The notes under the pieces: generated by a model
What the model saw: the letters and a program-made list of their open reading frames with translations, nothing else
Told to the model about the DNA's origin: nothing
Database searches by the model: none
Assembly (NCBI GenBank): GCA_040752415.1
Contig: JBFMGU010000186.1
Location: forward strand, 1 to 21,181
Direction: 5' to 3'
DNA length: 21,181 nucleotides
Origin: Myxococcota bacterium
GTDB lineage: Bacteria > Myxococcota > JACRCW01
Translations under genes and position numbers: made by a program
In this document: positions 18,623 through 21,181 of the stretch, piece after piece
Layout of the letters: each line of letters begins with the position of its first letter
Position numbering within the stretch: the first letter of the stretch is position 1

Positions 18623-19291
18623 ATGACCACCACCCACGCCCTGCACGCCACCCCGGAGCGAAGGCTGGCCTGGCACTTCCTGCTGCGACGCCTCCACAGC
18701 CTCTCCGGGATGCTCTCCCTGGGCGCGTTCATGGTGCTGCACCTGTGGGGCCTGTCCCGCATGGCGTATGGCGGGCCGGAGGCCTACAACGTCGTGGCGG
18801 CGGCGCGGCGGAGCGCGGCGTACCTGGTGCTGGAGGCCCTCCTGGTGGGCATCCCGCTCATCTTCCACGCCGTCTATGGCCTCATCATCACCCGCGACGC
18901 GCGCCCCAACGTCGGCACGTTCCCCACGTGGTCCAATTGGGTGTTCGTGCTCATGCGTGTGACCGGCGTGATTGCCCTCGTCTTCGTCGTGGTGCACTTC
19001 TTCAACACGCGCGTGCAGGAGCTCTTTCTCGGTCGTGAGATCGACGCCGCGTTCATGCAGCGCGTGCTCCGTCCCATCCCCATGCTGGACTTCTACATCC
19101 TCGGCGTCATGGCCTGTGCGTTCCACCTGGCCGCGGGCACGTGGAGCTTCCTCATCCGCTGGGGCATCACCATCACCGCGCGCTCGCAGCGCGTTGCGGC
19201 GGTGTTGTGCGGGACGTTCGGCCTCCTCCTGACGGCGCTGGGCGTGCACGTGGCCGCCGCCTTCCACGACCCCAAGTACATCATCCCCTGA
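18623..19291 (+). CDS. sdhC: Succinate dehydrogenase cytochrome b558 subunit (type B, Bacillus-like diheme anchor)
   Basis: RRLHSLSG, MVLHLW, IFHAVYG, MRVTG, VVHFF..R and AFHLAAGTWSFLIRWGIT; five TM helices. ATG 18623 follows a GAGG RBS. Confidence 0.88.
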   Translation: MTTTHALHATPERRLAWHFLLRRLHSLSGMLSLGAFMVLHLWGLSRMAYGGPEAYNVVAAARRSAAYLVLEALLVGIPLIFHAVYGLIITRDARPNVGTFPTWSNWVFVLMRVTGVIALVFVVVHFFNTRVQELFLGREIDAAFMQRVLRPIPMLDFYILGVMACAFHLAAGTWSFLIRWGITITARSQRVAAVLCGTFGLLLTALGVHVAAAFHDPKYIIP

Positions 19292-19300
19292 GGCAACCCC

Positions 19301-20950
19301 ATGGCGTCGGGCTTTCGATTCGTGGTGGTGGGCGAGGGGCCGGCGGCGCTCATGGCGTCGGTGCACCTGGTGCGGGCGGGGCACCACGTGGACTTGCTCT
19401 CGGCGGACCGTGAGGTTTCCACGGACGTCTCGTTGAACGCCACGCTCGACGGGGACAGTGCCTCCCTGCACGCGCAGGAAACGCTGCGGGCCGGTGATCT
19501 CCTCGGGAGCGGGCCGCTGGTGCTGGCCATGGCGGAAGCGGCGCCGGCGCTGGTGCACCTGCTGGACCGCATGGGGGTGCCCTTCCATCGCACCGCCGAG
19601 GGGCGGCTGCAGCGACGACAACTGGCGGGATCCAGCGTGGCGCGCTCGGTGTTCGCGGGCTCCGCCACGGGATTCCAGGTGCAGCGCGCGTTGGCGCAGC
19701 AGCTCCTGGGCGCGGAGCCGGGCACGTTCCGCCAGCTTGAGGGCTGGGAGTACCTGGGCCTGATCCGCGACGAGAACGGCGCCGCTTCGGGCGTGGTGGC
19801 GGTGCACGTGTGGACGCAGGCCATCGAGGTGTTCGACGCGGACGCCGTGCTGCTCGCCACGACGGGGCCTTCGCAGATCTACGGGAAGTCCACGCAGGGG
19901 CTGCACGCCACCGGCGCCGCGCTGGCCAGTGCGCTCGTCGAGGGCGCCACGTATGCGAACCCCGAGATGATGCAGTTCCATCCGTTGGGCGTGCCCGGCC
20001 CGGATGGCCACCGGTTCATCAGTGAAGCCGCGCTCGCCGACGGTGCGCAGCTCATGATCGACGGGCAGCGCGTGATGCCGGAGCGCTTGGATGACCTGGC
20101 GCGCAAGGTGTCCAGCCACGACGCGGTGTTGCACCTGGGCTCCATCGCCCGCCCGACGCTGGACGCGCGGTGGGAGCTGCTGCTGCGCACGCATGAGAAG
20201 CTGACCGGGCAGGATCTCCGTCGCCATCCGTGCAAGGTGGTCCCGGTGCCGCACGTGAGCCTGGGTGGGCTGCAGGTGGGCGTGGCGTCGGACAAGAACG
20301 GCAAGCTGGTGGAGGAGAGCGCGCGGAACCAGCAGACCACCGTCGCGGGCCTGTACGCCGCCGGCGACGCGGGCGCGGGTTACCACGGCGCGAACATGCT
20401 CGGCGGGAACCGCCTGCTGGCGTCGTTGTTCTCCGGTCAGCTTGCCGCGCGCGCCATGATGTTCCATGCACAAGCGCGTCCCCAGCGTGCGCCCGCCACC
20501 GACGTCGTCGACGCCACGCGGCGTTGGCGCGACCGGATGCGTGCGTTGGCGGACATGAAGGGCGCCGAGAGTCCGCGCAAGCTCCACGACGAGCTCGGTG
20601 CGCTCATGACCCGCGCGTGCGGCCTCAACCGTGACGACGCGCAGCTCGACGAGGCGCTCACCGTCGTGCGCGCGCTCAAGGAACGCGGGAAGGCCCTGGG
20701 TGTGAGCGACCCGACGACGACGCTGCTGGCGCACCGCCTCCAGCACATGCTGACGCTGGCGGAGATCACGGTGATGGGCGCGCGGGCACGGGCGGAGTCG
20801 CGCGGGGTGCACCACAAGCCGACGCTGCCCAACCGCAATGACACGGCGTGGGAGAAGGTGACGCTGGTGCGCCTGGGTGCCGAGGGCCCCGAGGTCACGC
20901 ACGAGGCGGTGGAGACGGGAATGAACCCGCCGCCGGAGCGGATTCCCTGA
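19301..20950 (+). CDS. sdhA: SdhA-like flavoprotein subunit with degenerate FAD-binding and catalytic motifs
   Basis: Collinear with recalled Bacillus-type SdhA: AMAEAAPALVHLLDRMGVPFHRTAEG, EGWEYLG, YGKST, QFHP, GLYAAG, LHDELGALMT and ESRGVHHKP. Key motifs are altered (see findings). The 549-aa ORF is uninterrupted. Confidence 0.8.
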   Translation: MASGFRFVVVGEGPAALMASVHLVRAGHHVDLLSADREVSTDVSLNATLDGDSASLHAQETLRAGDLLGSGPLVLAMAEAAPALVHLLDRMGVPFHRTAEGRLQRRQLAGSSVARSVFAGSATGFQVQRALAQQLLGAEPGTFRQLEGWEYLGLIRDENGAASGVVAVHVWTQAIEVFDADAVLLATTGPSQIYGKSTQGLHATGAALASALVEGATYANPEMMQFHPLGVPGPDGHRFISEAALADGAQLMIDGQRVMPERLDDLARKVSSHDAVLHLGSIARPTLDARWELLLRTHEKLTGQDLRRHPCKVVPVPHVSLGGLQVGVASDKNGKLVEESARNQQTTVAGLYAAGDAGAGYHGANMLGGNRLLASLFSGQLAARAMMFHAQARPQRAPATDVVDATRRWRDRMRALADMKGAESPRKLHDELGALMTRACGLNRDDAQLDEALTVVRALKERGKALGVSDPTTTLLAHRLQHMLTLAEITVMGARARAESRGVHHKPTLPNRNDTAWEKVTLVRLGAEGPEVTHEAVETGMNPPPERIP

Positions 20951-21181
20951 TGGCCGCGTGGTTGGTCCTGGGGCTCACCGCCGTGGTTTCGGCGCAGGAG
21001 CCGTCGGTGGCCGCGGAAGAGCCGCGCCCGACGGAGAGTCCCGTCAGTGTCGACGAGGAAACGCGCGAGATGAAGGCCACCGCGCCCGCGGCGACCGAAG
21101 TCCAACCCCAGGCCGCTCCGACGAGAAAGCCGGCAACGCCCAAGGAGCCCAGCCGTTTTCCGACGCCAGTGGGGTGGGCCG
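20950..21181 (+). CDS. Hypothetical exported Pro/Ala/Thr-rich protein, 3' end outside the window
   Basis: ATG 20950 overlaps the sdhA-like stop (TGATG). Manual translation gives MAAWLVLGLTAVVSAQEPSVAAEEPRPTESPVSVDEETREMKATAPAATEVQPQAAPTRKPATPKEPSRFPTPVGWA, open to the window edge. Confidence 0.65.
   Translation, partial: MAAWLVLGLTAVVSAQEPSVAAEEPRPTESPVSVDEETREMKATAPAATEVQPQAAPTRKPATPKEPSRFPTPVGWA

Noticed and set aside
18599..20902. 767-aa minus-strand ORF
   Set aside because: Antisense to sdhC and the sdhA-like gene. It is Arg/His/Gly-rich, as expected for a high-GC shadow frame.
19301..20950. L-aspartate oxidase (NadB) or frameshifted pseudogene call
   Set aside because: Local motifs follow Bacillus-type SdhA and the gene sits next to sdhC. 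NadB also needs the Arg residues and GxGxxG motif that are missing here. The ORF is intact.

Overview
A high-GC window whose protein content (Cys-rich lipoproteins, a TPR-lytic transglycosylase, Pro/Ala-rich exported proteins) suggests Myxococcota; the taxonomy is an inference. Left part: a partial exported membrane protein, thiG-thiS (-) divergent from a Crp/Fnr regulator and queE (+), then a transglutaminase-like exported protein and an aldehyde dehydrogenase (-), and a POT peptide transporter (+). Middle part: four large envelope proteins, namely an Ig-like/Cys-repeat lipoprotein, an alpha/beta-hydrolase lipoprotein, an Slt-type lytic transglycosylase and a Cys-rich lipoprotein. Right part: a 141-bp nested palindromic element, an isolated nuoA-nuoB pair (-), and a divergent sdhC plus an SdhA-like gene (+). 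The most unusual observation is that the full-length SdhA-like protein has lost several FAD-binding and catalytic residues and is followed by a translationally coupled exported protein instead of sdhB, while SdhC keeps its heme His ligands. The second is the REP/REPIN-like double-hairpin element, which shows compensatory base changes. No rRNA, tRNA, CRISPR array or transposase was seen. Family assignments come from recalled motifs, not database searches.
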